In this document: positions 23,874 to 36,170 of the stretch, in pieces
Layout: each line of letters starts with the position of its first letter
How positions within the stretch are numbered: the first letter of the stretch is position 1
Assembly (NCBI RefSeq): GCF_964188315.1
Contig: NC_135665.1
Span: forward strand, 42,718,001-42,782,000
Length of the DNA: 64,000 nucleotides
Source of the DNA: Podarcis muralis
Lineage: Eukaryota
Direction: 5' to 3'
Program-made: the position numbers and the translations under genes
Notes under the pieces: model-generated
What the model was told of the DNA's origin: nothing
The model's database searches: none
The model's input: only the letters and a program-made list of their open reading frames with translations

Positions 23874-26549
23874 AGCTTCTGCTTTAGGCCCTGTCTAAAC
23901 TATACCTTTAAAGCAGAATCATACATGGCTTTCCCCAAAGTTTCCTGAGAGTTGTTAGGAGACCCCTAAGTGCTGAAGCAATCAAGGCCTCCTTTCTTGG
24001 GAACTCTGGGAATTGTCATGTTCTGAGGAGACTAAGGATCACCTAACAACTCTCAGCGCTCTTAATGAACTACCATTCCCAGCACTCTTTGGGGGAAGCT
24101 GTGGCTGTCTGAAGGTGTAGGATGTGCAGGGTGCAACGGGAACAAGGATGCTAGCTCCGACTTTCACCACTGTGAGATGGAGGGCAACAGTCTGAAGCAG
24201 GGAAGACTGTATTTGCTTAAGCAGGACTGCTGGGGTGGGACTGTCGTATGCTAACAGCTTCTGCCTCTCTTGTTACGTTATTCACACACAGCCCACCACC
24301 ACATAAGATCAGGGGTTGGGGAAGTGGTTCCTATGCCATGAGGGCTGCAGTGGCAGAGGAGGACAAATCCAACCCTGACTTCTGACTTCAGAGCAATCTG
24401 ATCTCTGAGGAAAGCTGAAAGCAGACATGTCAGAACTTCCAATTATGGAAAATATGGCTAATCCAACTAATGAAACACCAAACCTTAAACACCAAAGGCA
24501 TTAGCAAAGACATCACCACATTTTCCATTTAGAATTGTTTTATTTAATACTCACAACTGCCCATTCTAATAAAGAAGATTAAAATTCAGATGAATGTTAA
24601 ACATTTATTTCGCTTACTGAGTTGTATAATGTTATTAAGTATTGAGATCCCAGAGAGACACTGACGGTCAGAGTAGATAATACTTAATAGACAATTCTGG
24701 GACAAATAGTTTAACTTGTATGGGCAAGTAGTTTAACCTGGAATAACCTGGTAGGCTCCTATGTTAGAATGTTTTGTTTCCTTTCTTTATGTACTGGCAT
24801 TGGACTTATCTCTTGATATTCATTTGGCCTTGACAATTCAACACCATATGGGGCACTTCTTAGTGAGCAAGAATGGTCAACTCGAAGTCTTTGCAAGAAA
24901 GCAAGTTTGGGGGATCTTTTGCAGTGAATGCCGGAGCCCGTAAGCCATGGTCCAATTCCAGTGGTGCTGTTAGATAATTTTAGACTCCGAACCTAATGGT
25001 CTTAAGTGGGTTATAGGGCTCCATAAGTGTCATTTCGCTTATTGCAAAACTCTCCTCCTCATCTGCTGAGAGAGGACCTAGACTTTTGTCCCCAAACCCT
25101 GACATGACAGTACCACCATCTATTTATTTCCCTGCCCCCCTCTCTTTCATGCATTCCAATTTATGCACACATGGGGGGGGGGAGAGAAATGGTGTGCTAA
25201 GAGACAGTGCAAAAAAAGGGAGCAAACAGACACATGCCAAGCTAATCTCTCAGTAACTTTCATGTCAGGGAGCACAGCAGCAGGTGAAGCCAGAGCCAAT
25301 GGCAGGCAGAATAAGAGAATCACAGAATTGTAGAATTGGAAGGGACCATGAGAAGCATCTAGTCCAACCCCCTGCAATGCAGGAACTGTTTGCCCAATGT
25401 GGGGCTCAAACCCATGGCCCTGAGATTAAGAGTCTCATGCTCTACCAACTGAGCTATTCCAGCTTGAGAGCCAGCTGGTTTTGTCCCCGTCCTCTTCCCT
25501 GCTTAGTTGTACAACACTGAGACTGAGGAGGAGGAGGAAGCTGATAGGCAGTGCCACTTCCTGGAGTGGCTGTGAGAAGGCAGGTGGGTGAGGTTGGTGG
25601 GGCTGTGCCCCATTTCCCCTAAGATACCACCAGCCTCCACCAGGATGGCAGGAGTGCAGCTTATGTGCTTTCCCCTTTGCCTCTGCCTGGGACTGTCTGT
25701 GCATCCTGATCAGACTTGTACAGGGATCTGTGTTACTGGAAGGAGGTTACACACAGGAGGTGGGTTGGATAGTGTGATGAAATGAGAATGTTTCTTTTGG
25801 TGTATGATCTGTCATGGCTGTTCTTCCCCATTCATTGCTTCATGCTGCAGTGATCATAGAACCATAGAGTTGGAAGGGATCCCAGGGGTCATCTAGTCCA
25901 ACCCCGTGCAATGCAGGAGTCACAGCTAAAGAAACCTGTTTAAAAACCTCCAATGAAGGGGAGTCCGCCGCCTTCCAAGACAGTCCATTCCAAGTGGAGC
26001 AGCACTTACCACCAAGTGCCAGGCACGTGTGAACTCATCCTTGCGTGTTAGTATATATTGATATTTTTACACTCTCCGGCCGGTGGCTGCGGGCTGCGTT
26101 TCTTTATTACGCATACTGTTATTTGGGGCAGAATCTCCCTCTCTTGTACTGCGCCAAGAACCCAGACGCTTTTAGGCAATCCCAGCGTTTCAGTCAAAAA
26201 ATAAAGGGAGGGGAAAAAGGAAGAAAAAAAATAGTGTCGCATCCACGGCGTACAAGACATTCTACAGCAAGATGAGTCATAGCCTTTACCAACAGCTTGG
26301 AGAGAGAATGCAGGCTCTGAATGGAACTGGCCAAAGGCTGCGTTCGGCTGAGATGGTGCTTTTCCATTTCATTTTCATTTTGTTTTTCCATTCCGTGTTT
26401 TCTTTCAATGTACTTTGCAGAGGTGTGTGTGTGTGTATTCAACCAACCAACCTGCAGCTCAAACGAGAAAGGAAACTGAATCGCAAACGTTTCTTTGATG
26501 GAGGCATTTATTATTTCACTACAGTATTCCTTCCTGCTCCTCCAATCTG

Positions 26550-27800
26550 CACCCCGCTTGACCCGTCATGTATTGGAAATGCAGCTGGGTGGGGAGCGGG
26601 GGAGAGAGAGAGAGAAGGAAACTTGGAGCAGCGTGACTCGCCTGGCAATCGCCCCGTCGCCACACCCCCTTCTACCTTCCCGGCGCCCCGGTCTCAGCAG
26701 CCGGTGGGGGGCGGGAAGGAGGAGAGCGCCCGGTCTATCTCCTACCAATCGGCGGCAGCAAATGCTTTGTTCCTAACAAAGGCACCTTCGCCCCCAAGAT
26801 CCCTTTAGTCCCCAATAGTTTGCTGCCTGGTTCTCGCTCTCCGATGACCACAGGGCCGCGGGCTCCTTGGAGAGGCGCGCAGCTGCTGCGCGCAGCAGCC
26901 CGGCGCGCCGGCGTAGAGGAAATAGGCAGCGCCAAAAGAGCGCGCTCGCGGCGCCTCTTATCGCGGACACTCCTCGGCAAGGAGCCTTTTATGACCGGGC
27001 GAGCCCTTTATGGGATTGTTGTCCTTGTGTGTGACGCTCGTCGTACAGGATTTCCTCCCCAAATAGCTGAGTGGGGAGCCTGATCCGTCACGACGGCTGC
27101 TTGGGCGATGCAAAGCCCGGGTGGACCTGGTGAGCGTCCCCGCCCCGCTCCCGCCCCTTAGCGAGGGGGGGGGAGAAACAAAAGAGGGAGGTTGAACGTC
27201 ATGTCATTCCAAAAGAAGAAGAAAAAAGCAAACCTTGCAAAATAGGCTGGTGGAATATTTGGCGTCTTGCTTGCTTTTAAGCAGCAGGACGCTTGGAAGG
27301 TAGGCATGCCGGGTTTTGTGTATTTTAAAATATTTTTTAAAAAAGGCACAGCTCTATTTTCTGCCACCCACCTTTTGCTATAACGGAGCGGCGCCCCTCT
27401 CGGAGCCGTCGGTGAAAAGCGCCAGAGGAGCCGCGGTGGCAGGATGGAGAACCCACCTAGAGGGGCCCCTTGACGCGAGCACATCCTCTGTCGGGCAGCC
27501 GCGCTCGCTGCAGCCTGGAGCTAATTCTGCTGCACAATTCTCGTGGCACAGACTCGCCTGCAAGTGTCCTGAGCCCTTCCGTAAGAAAAGGAGACAAAGG
27601 GGGTCGAAGGGGACGCAGGAGGAGGAGACCAGCAACATCCTGCTGCCTGCTGCATCGTTTGGTCCGGAAGGTCTACGGCTGGCTTTGCCTGAACTTCACG
27701 CTCTACCTATCCAAGGATGTGGCCAGACATTCAGGAGTAAGAATAACCGGTGTTGAGAAGCCGATTGCTGGCGGGGGGGAAACTGGGAAAAAAGAAGAGG
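26550..27800 (+). promoter_or_regulatory. CpG island / putative promoter upstream of the PDE4D3-type exon
   Basis: Abrupt GC- and CpG-rich, repeat-free stretch in CpG-depleted surroundings. CCAAT at 26542, 26745, 26812; GC boxes at 27139-27157; CRE half-sites (TGACG/CGTCA) at 26564, 27032, 27086, 27197, 27471; AP-1 TGAGTCA at 26273-26279. Confidence 0.8.
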
Positions 27801-28815
27801 AGAAACTCCAGGGAAGGGATTCTTTGATTACTTAGGACTTGAAACTCTCCGCCTAATTCTGCCAAGACGTGGAGGTGCACACATAGTTTTAAATGCAAAG
27901 TAGAATATTTAGTTAGAAAACAAGGCTCTGCAGCAAAGGAATCGATCACTTCCATCACGACCGTCGGTGTGTTTACTCAGAAGTAAGCCTCAGTGGTTTT
28001 AATGGGACTTATTACCTCCTAAGTGTGTGTGGTATTGCAGCATTAGTCATTTTTTCTTCCAGGTAGAAGACAGCTTTATTATGGGGTTAAATGGCAACTT
28101 GGAGTGGGATCATGACAACAGCTTCAGTGCATAATGGTATTTCATTGTAGTCTTATCTTATGGAGCAGGAAAATAGCATAACACACTTCCTTAAGGCTCC
28201 CTCCTATCAGGCAGAGAGTGGAGAGCCTACATTTCCAGATGAAAAGTTTGCTCCGTATTGGATCAGCTTCCATTCTTTGTCTGGTCTTTCTTGCAAAGAG
28301 AGGAAACACAATTAAAGCAACCACTGATGAATATGTGTTTGAGAAGGAAGAAAAAGCAATACTTGTTTCTAAAGGACAGCATGGCAAAACCATGTGAAGT
28401 TTTGCATTTCCTCTTAAAAACTGATTTAGCACAGATGGCAAGAAACTCTCTTTTGACTAACCTTTTCTTACTGTCTAAAATGCTGCTGCACAAGAAGATG
28501 CTTTAATTTATACCTGGGATTTATCAAGGGGAACCGTTGCCTTCATTTAGGATAAGTTGTTAAACATATATGATTCCTTTTGTGATTTTTAAAAAACGAA
28601 ATACTAGTGAGTTGCATTAATGGATGGACGCATAGCTAGAAAACCTTCTGGAAATTCTGCCCTTGAATCCTGGAGATTCTCACTTATGTGGAATACAATA
28701 CTTTTTTGCAATAGCCCATGACACTAACTGATGCTGCAGTTGTTGCGGAATGTATCTATGAATTCCGTAACAGATAAAGCTTTTGGACAAGGAAAAGACT
28801 GAGGCCGATAGAACC

Positions 28816-28868
28816 ATGAACATGATGCATGTAAACAATTTTCCATTCAGGAGGCATTCGTGGATATG
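28816..28868 (+). CDS. PDE4D: Isoform-specific first coding exon of cAMP-specific phosphodiesterase 4D, PDE4D3-type N-terminus (partial CDS; next exon is outside the window)
   Basis: ATGAACATGATGCATGTAAACAATTTTCCATTCAGGAGGCATTCGTGGATATG|GTGAGT translates to MNMMHVNNFPFRRHSWI plus TG (phase 2). From the second Met this matches the recalled mammalian PDE4D3 N-terminus MMHVNNFPFRRHSWIC(FDVDNG...). Consensus donor at 28869; in-frame upstream stop at 28768-28770. The paralogous PDE4B4 N-terminus (MLHVNDLPPPRRHSWIC) is a weaker match. Confidence 0.9.
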
Positions 28869-31442
28869 GTGAGTAAACTGCTGCACACTTCAATGTGGAG
28901 TTATCCCAATACTTGTTTGCTGTACGCTGTGACAATCGATTCCTTAGCACCAAGGGATGGCGATGCAAGTGAGGAACTGTAATCGAGAGGTGCATTAAAA
29001 ATAAATAAATCCCACACTGGGGACGTAATGCAAGTTTTACAACACAAGAGAAACCCAGCAGGGAGAATGTGTACATTTTATGATGTCATTCTTGTTTTTC
29101 CTTTAATCCAGCACCATGAAAACACATTCCCTCCCCTTTCTGTCGCCTTGTTGAATTTGATGACTTTAACAGAAAATAGAACTTCTGTTTTTGTTTTAAC
29201 TCTTTCAAGTCAATTCTTAGGTTCAGTGTTTTTCCAGACAAGTCTTTTCCTGCTTCAGTGAAGGGGTATTTGGTGAAAAGGGCTGTTTTTCCTCCCTTTT
29301 CCTTTCTGCTTTTCCTCCTCCTCTCCTCCCTCTGCCCCACCCCCTTTTTGCTAGGGTATGCACCAGAATACGAATGATGCTTTCTCTAAGAAATGCATGC
29401 CAAGGGACTATTTTCCCCTCCCTTCTTTTGTGTGCAACGTCAAAGAAACATCAGGGATTAGTTGCATATTTTTATTATTTTTTGCTCCCTTATACAATCC
29501 GGGCAGTGTGACTTAATATAACCCTTTCTATTTTGTTATATAATAAGATGGGTTTGCTTACACGGTTGTTAAACAGTATGCTCTAGAAAGTGGATAAATC
29601 TGCTTATTCTAGAGCATACTGTTTAACAATGCCTGATAATGCATAGGTATGGGAAGATTTATAAAAGAATGACTAGGATTTTATTTATTTTTTAGTGGTG
29701 GGAGGAGGCTTGCTTTCAAAAAGGTCCTAGTACCTATGCATTGTCAGGCATGGCAAGATTCCATGTTATTTATTTAAAAGTGGTGCAGAGAGGGAGCCTC
29801 TTGGATTGCTGTAACACATCCATTATGAAGATTATAATGGAGTAACAGGAAGAGGGGTTTTTCCAAGCGACCCAATTAATGTGGTGCTTGGTTAAAAGCT
29901 TTATTAATTGATGCTTCTTGTCTTGAATACTGCTCTCCTCAGCACCGAAGCAATACATTTAAAGGCATTGGGTGGCAGCATCAGCATCGCTGAAACATCA
30001 TACGTAACTGTAGAAATCCAAAATTTCCTTTTCTTCTCCAGTGAACATTTCCACCCTCATCCTTATGTCAGTTTTCCTTACATATACCATTTTTTTATCT
30101 GTCACATATAAAAGAGAGCATATGTGATCAGTATATGAGTCATTAAAATATCAATATTTTAAAAGTTATTCCCGTCCCCCTGCATTTGAGTTTCATTTTT
30201 CTTCTGCCAGCCTTCTAACTTTCAATCTGTGATAATAAAAGTTCTTTGTGTGTGAAACTGAAGCAGGTGGGAAATTTGATGCAGGGCCTCGCCACCATCA
30301 GCTCAGTTCGGGATCATCTTGGGTCAGTGTTGCAATTGTTGCTGTCTTGCCACATATTTATTTACATATCATGGAAAAGACCACTCACACCTGACATTGA
30401 TCCATTCAAAGGCTGGACAAAGCCCCTGAAACTTTCTGAAGGATTTGCTTTGGCCTGGTCCTGCTACAAATAAGCAGCATACCTAAAGGGAAATTGGTAA
30501 ATCATGGTTTGCCTTACCGTGAAACATGGAGCTTCAGGCAACGGATTCCAGAGAGATTGCAATTCCCCTCTCTCCATTTTCCATCTGTGTGTGCCATTAA
30601 AAAGAAGGAAAAGCTCTAGTTCAGAACAGGTAGGGGTAGCATATTACCATCCCCATTCATGTGCAAAGACTGTCTAAAGCAAGCACTGGGTAAAGAAAGA
30701 AAGAAAGAAAAGAAGCTACACTCAAACCTTCGCAGGGGAAGGAAAGTCTTTGTGGATTGAAAAATAAGACCCACAGTGGTCCTGTGAATTAGCCTTCAGG
30801 GATGGGGAGCTCTTATGATGGTAGTTGAACTACAGCTCCCATCAGCCCCAGCCAGCATGGTCAGGGATGAAGGGAGTTGAAGTCCATCAACAGCTGGAGG
30901 GCCACAGGTTCCACATCTCTGCTTTAGCTGAATGATTCCAAAGCCGCCTTCAGGCACTGAATGGAAAAGAGCTATGTGGCCTTGGAAGCATGACACCTCT
31001 GAAGAAGAAGAGCAAGAGCCCTGGGACAAAGGCATGTCAAGTCTATCATCCTATGGAAAAGCCCCCAGGCAGGACATGAGCACAATAGCTCTCTCTCAAT
31101 GTTATTTTTCAAGTGATTGGTTTCCATAGGCATGCAGCCTCTTATCCTGGATTCAGGCCTGGGTTTGGGATTGGCTTGGCATTGATGGGTTACCTTTATT
31201 GGAAGAGAGATAAGGAATGTGACCCTGTTTGTGCTTTTCATATTTGTGTCTTGGGAGTAGAGAGTGGGACACTTGGTTAAAGTGGTTTTGCTTGTATCTG
31301 TGGGTCAGTTTCATGATGCAATATTTGCTGACAGTATCTTGGCAGCTTGGCTATTAGGTGTCCCCAGTTCTGTTTAACATGTATAGGAACTTGTGGGGAG
31401 ATTTGGGGCACAGTGGCATCAACAGGCAGGTAACAGAGAAAT

Positions 31443-31817
31443 TGTCACGGTCCGGTTTACGGGCGGTTGAAGTACAGGCGGAGGACGTCAGGACTGGGGG
31501 CAAGACGGTGGGGTGGGAGCAGGAGCAGGAGTCCAGAAGCCAAGGGTCCGAGGGCAGGAAACCAGGAGTCAAGGAGTCAAGGGACTGAGGATCAGGAAGC
31601 AAGGAGTCAAGAAGCCGAAGGCAGGAAGCGTGTTGCTGTGGCAAAGAGCCAAAGGGAAATGCTCACCTTATATCCCTTCCCGGCTCTTGCCACCAGGTGC
31701 TGTGAGTTACCAACTGGCCTCACCTGTGCCTTTCCTCTTCAGAACAAACTTAGGAAAGCCCCAGTCCTGCGAAGCCCTACCCGTCACAGGGCCTGGCTCC
31801 TGCACGCACTCCTGACA
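31443..31817. mobile_element. Solo LTR (375 bp), third family
   Basis: TGTCA...TGACA ends; perfect 5-bp TSD GAAAT; internal GGAGTCAAG-type short repeats. Confidence 0.82.
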
Positions 31818-34800
31818 GAAATAGGGTGAGGTGGTCATGGACCAGTGGCTGGATGCAGTGTTGGGCTAAATGATGGCCAGTAAGTTGAAACTGAATCCTG
31901 ACCTGCAGAAGGTAGGTGTAGTTCCTGGTTCAGGAAATTAGGCTCCAGGGCTGGTTCTTGATATGGTTAGACATGGCCCAGCCTGGCTCATTGGCCGCTC
32001 TGCCTTTTTCTAACATTGGCTAGGGTGGCTTTCAAATATCTCTTTTCTGTATGCTCTCTACATATGTGTATAATGATATAGGATGCTCAGACTTGCTTTT
32101 AGTAGTATCCAAGTGTCATAGCTCAGCAGCAGAGAATATGCTTTTCCTGCAAAAGGTCCCAGGTTCCATCTCCCAACATTTCCAGCTAGGACTAGGATGG
32201 GTTTCCCCCTGAAATTCTGGAGAGCTGCTGCCGGTCAACCATGGGCAGTGCTGACTTAGATGAATTAATGATCTGACTTGGTCTAAAGAAGTAGCCTATG
32301 TTTCCAAGATAGTTCTTAGAACATGAGACCTAATGAGGAATGGACTCTATGGGTGGAAGGACAGAATTACTTTAGTAGCAATTGGTACAAAGAAATGAAC
32401 TGGTTGACATGGGGTGCCTGTGATGCCTTGGGGGCACTGCCCATCTTGAGACTCCTGGTCTTATAACCTGGTCACTTGCCATTTCTGAGTGATCTGGCAA
32501 TGAGAGGAGCAGAAACCTCTTCGCTCCCTTTACCTCTCCCTCTGGAAGGTTGTGCAGATTGAGTCCAAGAGAAAGAGGCAACTTTTGTGGTTGGGGGTGG
32601 GTTGCACTCGGGGGGGGGGGCAACTCCATCAAAACCTGGAACTGGCACTGATGGTTTGGGATGACATCGTAAGGCAGGGATGGGGAACCTCCGGCCCTCC
32701 AGGTGTTGTTAGACTTTAGCTCGTGTCAGCTCCAGCCAGCTTAGGGATTGATGGTGCTTTAGTCCAGCAACATCTGGTTCCCTACCCCTTCCATAAAGAA
32801 AAGGCTGTGTTTCTTGGTGGATTTTTAGTAGTAAGGAAGAACACTGTTTTTACTGGGATAAACTCTGTTGAGATTAGAATGCATTTGTGAAGGATGTTCA
32901 GCATATATAGATATATTCTTTATTTCCAACACCTTCAACACTAACAGCTTATTGACTGGATTTCCTCATGCAGCCTTATGATAATACCAAATCAAATAAA
33001 AATAAGCATGCTGCTTAATTACAGGATCTACCTTATAGCCAGATAAGGATTGTAGATCTTTTCCTGGTTCTTAATATAGAAGGTAGGTTGTAATACTTTG
33101 TGGTTTTGGATGTGATTGTTTGTTCTTCCCGCAGGACAGTGAATAAAAACATTCTATGTATCTTGTACAGCTTTTAGGGAGGAAATGCAGTAAGAATGTG
33201 CAGTTCACAATTCACCGGGTTTACACATCTGGGACTCTGTAGAGCTTTAAGTCGAAACCGCCTTATCTGAGATGCAGCCTTGTGAGCTACACAAGTCCTT
33301 AGGCTCAGCAGCAGAGCATGTGCCTTGCATGTGTGGAAGGTCCTAGGTTCAATCCCTGGCATGTCCAATTGAAAAATGTTTACTGGAAGAAGCTATACTT
33401 GAGTAAGCTGTACTAGGTTAGATGGACAAACTAGTCCAATATGGAGCAAGGCAACCTTCCTATATTCTTTTGTTTCTCCTTGAGGCGTAACAGAAACTAA
33501 AAATGCGCAGCATCATGCTGTACAGTTGGTGGACACTATGAAGCCTCTGAGTTGGCTAGGCATGGACTCTGGTCACCAGGACCCTGACCACATGCCCTTG
33601 CCTTGCCAGGAGGTGTCTTTTGGCTGTCTTAGGTAATCTGGGATGGGACAGACACACTCCAGCTATTCTTCTGAGCATGACCATCCTCTAGCATGGACTT
33701 GATACAGTGTTGGGATGTGTCGCTTAAGATCATGGCCCACTTTGGTATGTTGGCCAGTTTAATACTATACTTGGGTTTTGTTTTGTTTTTAAAACTCAGA
33801 ATAGGTTGGTTTGCTTATGCTCAAAGGATTGTTGGAAGATTCAAGATGGATAAAAGAAAGTACTTGTTCACACAACAAATGGTGAAACTATGAAACTTGT
33901 TCCCAGGGAGACAGTTCAGGCAATTTCATGGAAGAGAGGGCTATTGATGGCTACTAAACACTACACAAATCTGTAGTGGAGTGCCTAAGACAGATGGATG
34001 GCGCCATGTACGCCTCCTTCTGGCAACTCCTGCAGCCAAGCTGGTGCCAAATGTATCGCTCTGCTTTGCTTTGGACCACATCAGTGAGTCAGAGAGGAGG
34101 GTCTTGTTGCCTGGGCAGCCCAGGATCTCCATACACACTGCCCAGGCTTGCACCCTGGACTTTGGTGCTGCTAATGCAGCAGTTTGACTTCATCCCTGGA
34201 GGCACACTCCATTGTCTTTTGAGACAGATGGATGCCAGCCATGCCAACCACAGCTGGAGGCAGCAATGCATCCGAATGCCAGTTTCTGGAAACCACAGGA
34301 GGGGAGAGTGCTCTTGTGCTTGGGTCCTGCAATCAGGTTTCCCACAGGCATCCACATGGCCACTGCGAAAACAGGATGCTGGACTAGATCAGCCTGATCC
34401 AGCTTCTTCTTCTTACGTTCTTATGTTTTTGCACAAAACTTTGTTGCTACTAGGACATGGTGATGACTGCACTTTTTTTTTTTTAATGTCCCCCACTATG
34501 CTTCCATTATGCACAGAGGAAGGGCATGGTTTCCAAGCATCAGTAGCAAGACAATGTGCAGGTGTGTTAGAGAATTGGTTTCATTCATATGAATAATACA
34601 ATAGTTATCATGTATTGTTAGCAAGACATTTGACAGTCTGTCTTTCACTTGGTATTCACATTGATGGGCATATTTGTAAAACACTCTCCTGAAAATGTTG
34701 GCTGAAAAGGCTGCTATAAGAAGAGATATAATGAAATATTAATAGGAAGCATGGTCCTTAATAGGAAATGTGGTCCTTAGGGCATTTTGTTATCCTAGTT

Positions 34801-35604
34801 TTAGTTCTGTTCTGTTTGGCACATTTCTGCATAACTTAGAAAACGTGTTCATGAGATCGGCAGATGTCATGGCACTGAGAGGGATTGCATCAACCTCCAA
34901 GCCTCAAATTGTCATGTTAATGTGGACAGTTAGCTTGTAAGTATGCCAAAACCTTATAACGATGAGTGCTAATCCTGGCACATTCTGGGACAAAACAAAT
35001 GAATATAAGTGAAAAATGGAAATTAATATTAAAGACTAATGGGGAGAGACAGGCGGAGGACTTAAAATGGTCAGTCAGTTGAATGGAACATGAGTCAGCT
35101 ATGAGTCAGAAGAGGGGAGAAACCTTGTAATTAACGACAGAGAGACAGAGTAGTATCCAAGGCATGAGGATTAGTAAAGGTCTACTTCACACTGCCTTGG
35201 CCCCAGCTAAGTACTGTATTTTTTTATTAAGGAAGAAAGCAGTGAAATTAGAGTGAATTGCTATAGACAATAGGACAAAAGGCAGTGGATTCAAAAAGCA
35301 GGAAAGTGTATTTTAAAGGAGTTGTGTGGTGGTGGTGGAACATAGTAATTATGAAAATAATTGCCCAGTCAAGCAGGTGATCAGTGGTGTACTGGTAAAT
35401 GCTGAAGTGCAGGGTCTCATTGCGACGGCCCCCATAGCTCTACCCCAGAGGAAAGCCCAGAATTGAAGACTGCTGCATCCAACTTCTATTTAATCATTAT
35501 CTTCCTTCTCTGAGCTCACCTATGCTAGTTTGTTATAAACAACAACAGTGAATCTCGAAGGACTTTCTAGAGAAAGGAGAGTCTGTCGTTTACTCTGGCG
35601 GATG

Positions 35605-36170
35605 ATTTATTTGTTTATTTATTAACCGCCCTTCACCCCAAGGTCCTAGCGTGGTTTACAACATTAAAACACAATATAAAAAACAGTTTAAAGCAACTTA
35701 GTCACAGAAAAACAAGGTGGGTCCTAAAAACATATGCCTCAAGTGTCAAAAGCCGAGGGAAAGAGGTGCATATCTTAAGCATTCTCCGGAAGCTGTACAA
35801 TGAAGGTGCCACACGGACCTCTGTGGGGAGGGAGTTCCCCAGTTTGGGGGCCACCACAGAGAATGCCCTCTCCCGGCCGTCACTTCTCCCTCCCCAAGCG
35901 TCTGAGGGTGGAGGAACTACCAAGAGGACCCCCTTTGCCAATTTCAGCAGCTAAGAGGGTCTGTAGGGAAGGAGAAGGTCCTTTAGACATTTATGGATTG
36001 GAACACCAACATGAGCACATTAAATTGGGCCTGGGAACGAAATGGCAAACAGTGCAGCTGTTTTACAGCTGTTTTAAAGCAGCTAGTAATCTGGCTGCCG
36101 CATTTCAGATCAGCTGAAGTTTCCAAGTTGTCTTCCAGTGCAGCCCCATGTAGATGATGTCGCTCCTGTT
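35605..36170 (-). mobile_element. L2-type LINE 3' fragments
   Basis: RERAFSVVAPKLGNSLPTEVRVAPSLYSFRR in ORF 35702-35941, plus further frameshifted ORF2 remnants. Confidence 0.75.

Noticed and set aside
26004-26010. Minus-strand GTG|GTAAGT donor suggesting a divergent first exon
   Set aside because: The site falls in CR1-homologous sequence (AGCAGCACTTACC), so it may be repeat-derived.
26272-27835. Several ORFs across the CpG island (e.g. 26272-26808, 27316-27756)
   Set aside because: Expected from stop-codon depletion in GC-rich DNA; none resembles PDE4D4/D5 N-termini or other known proteins.
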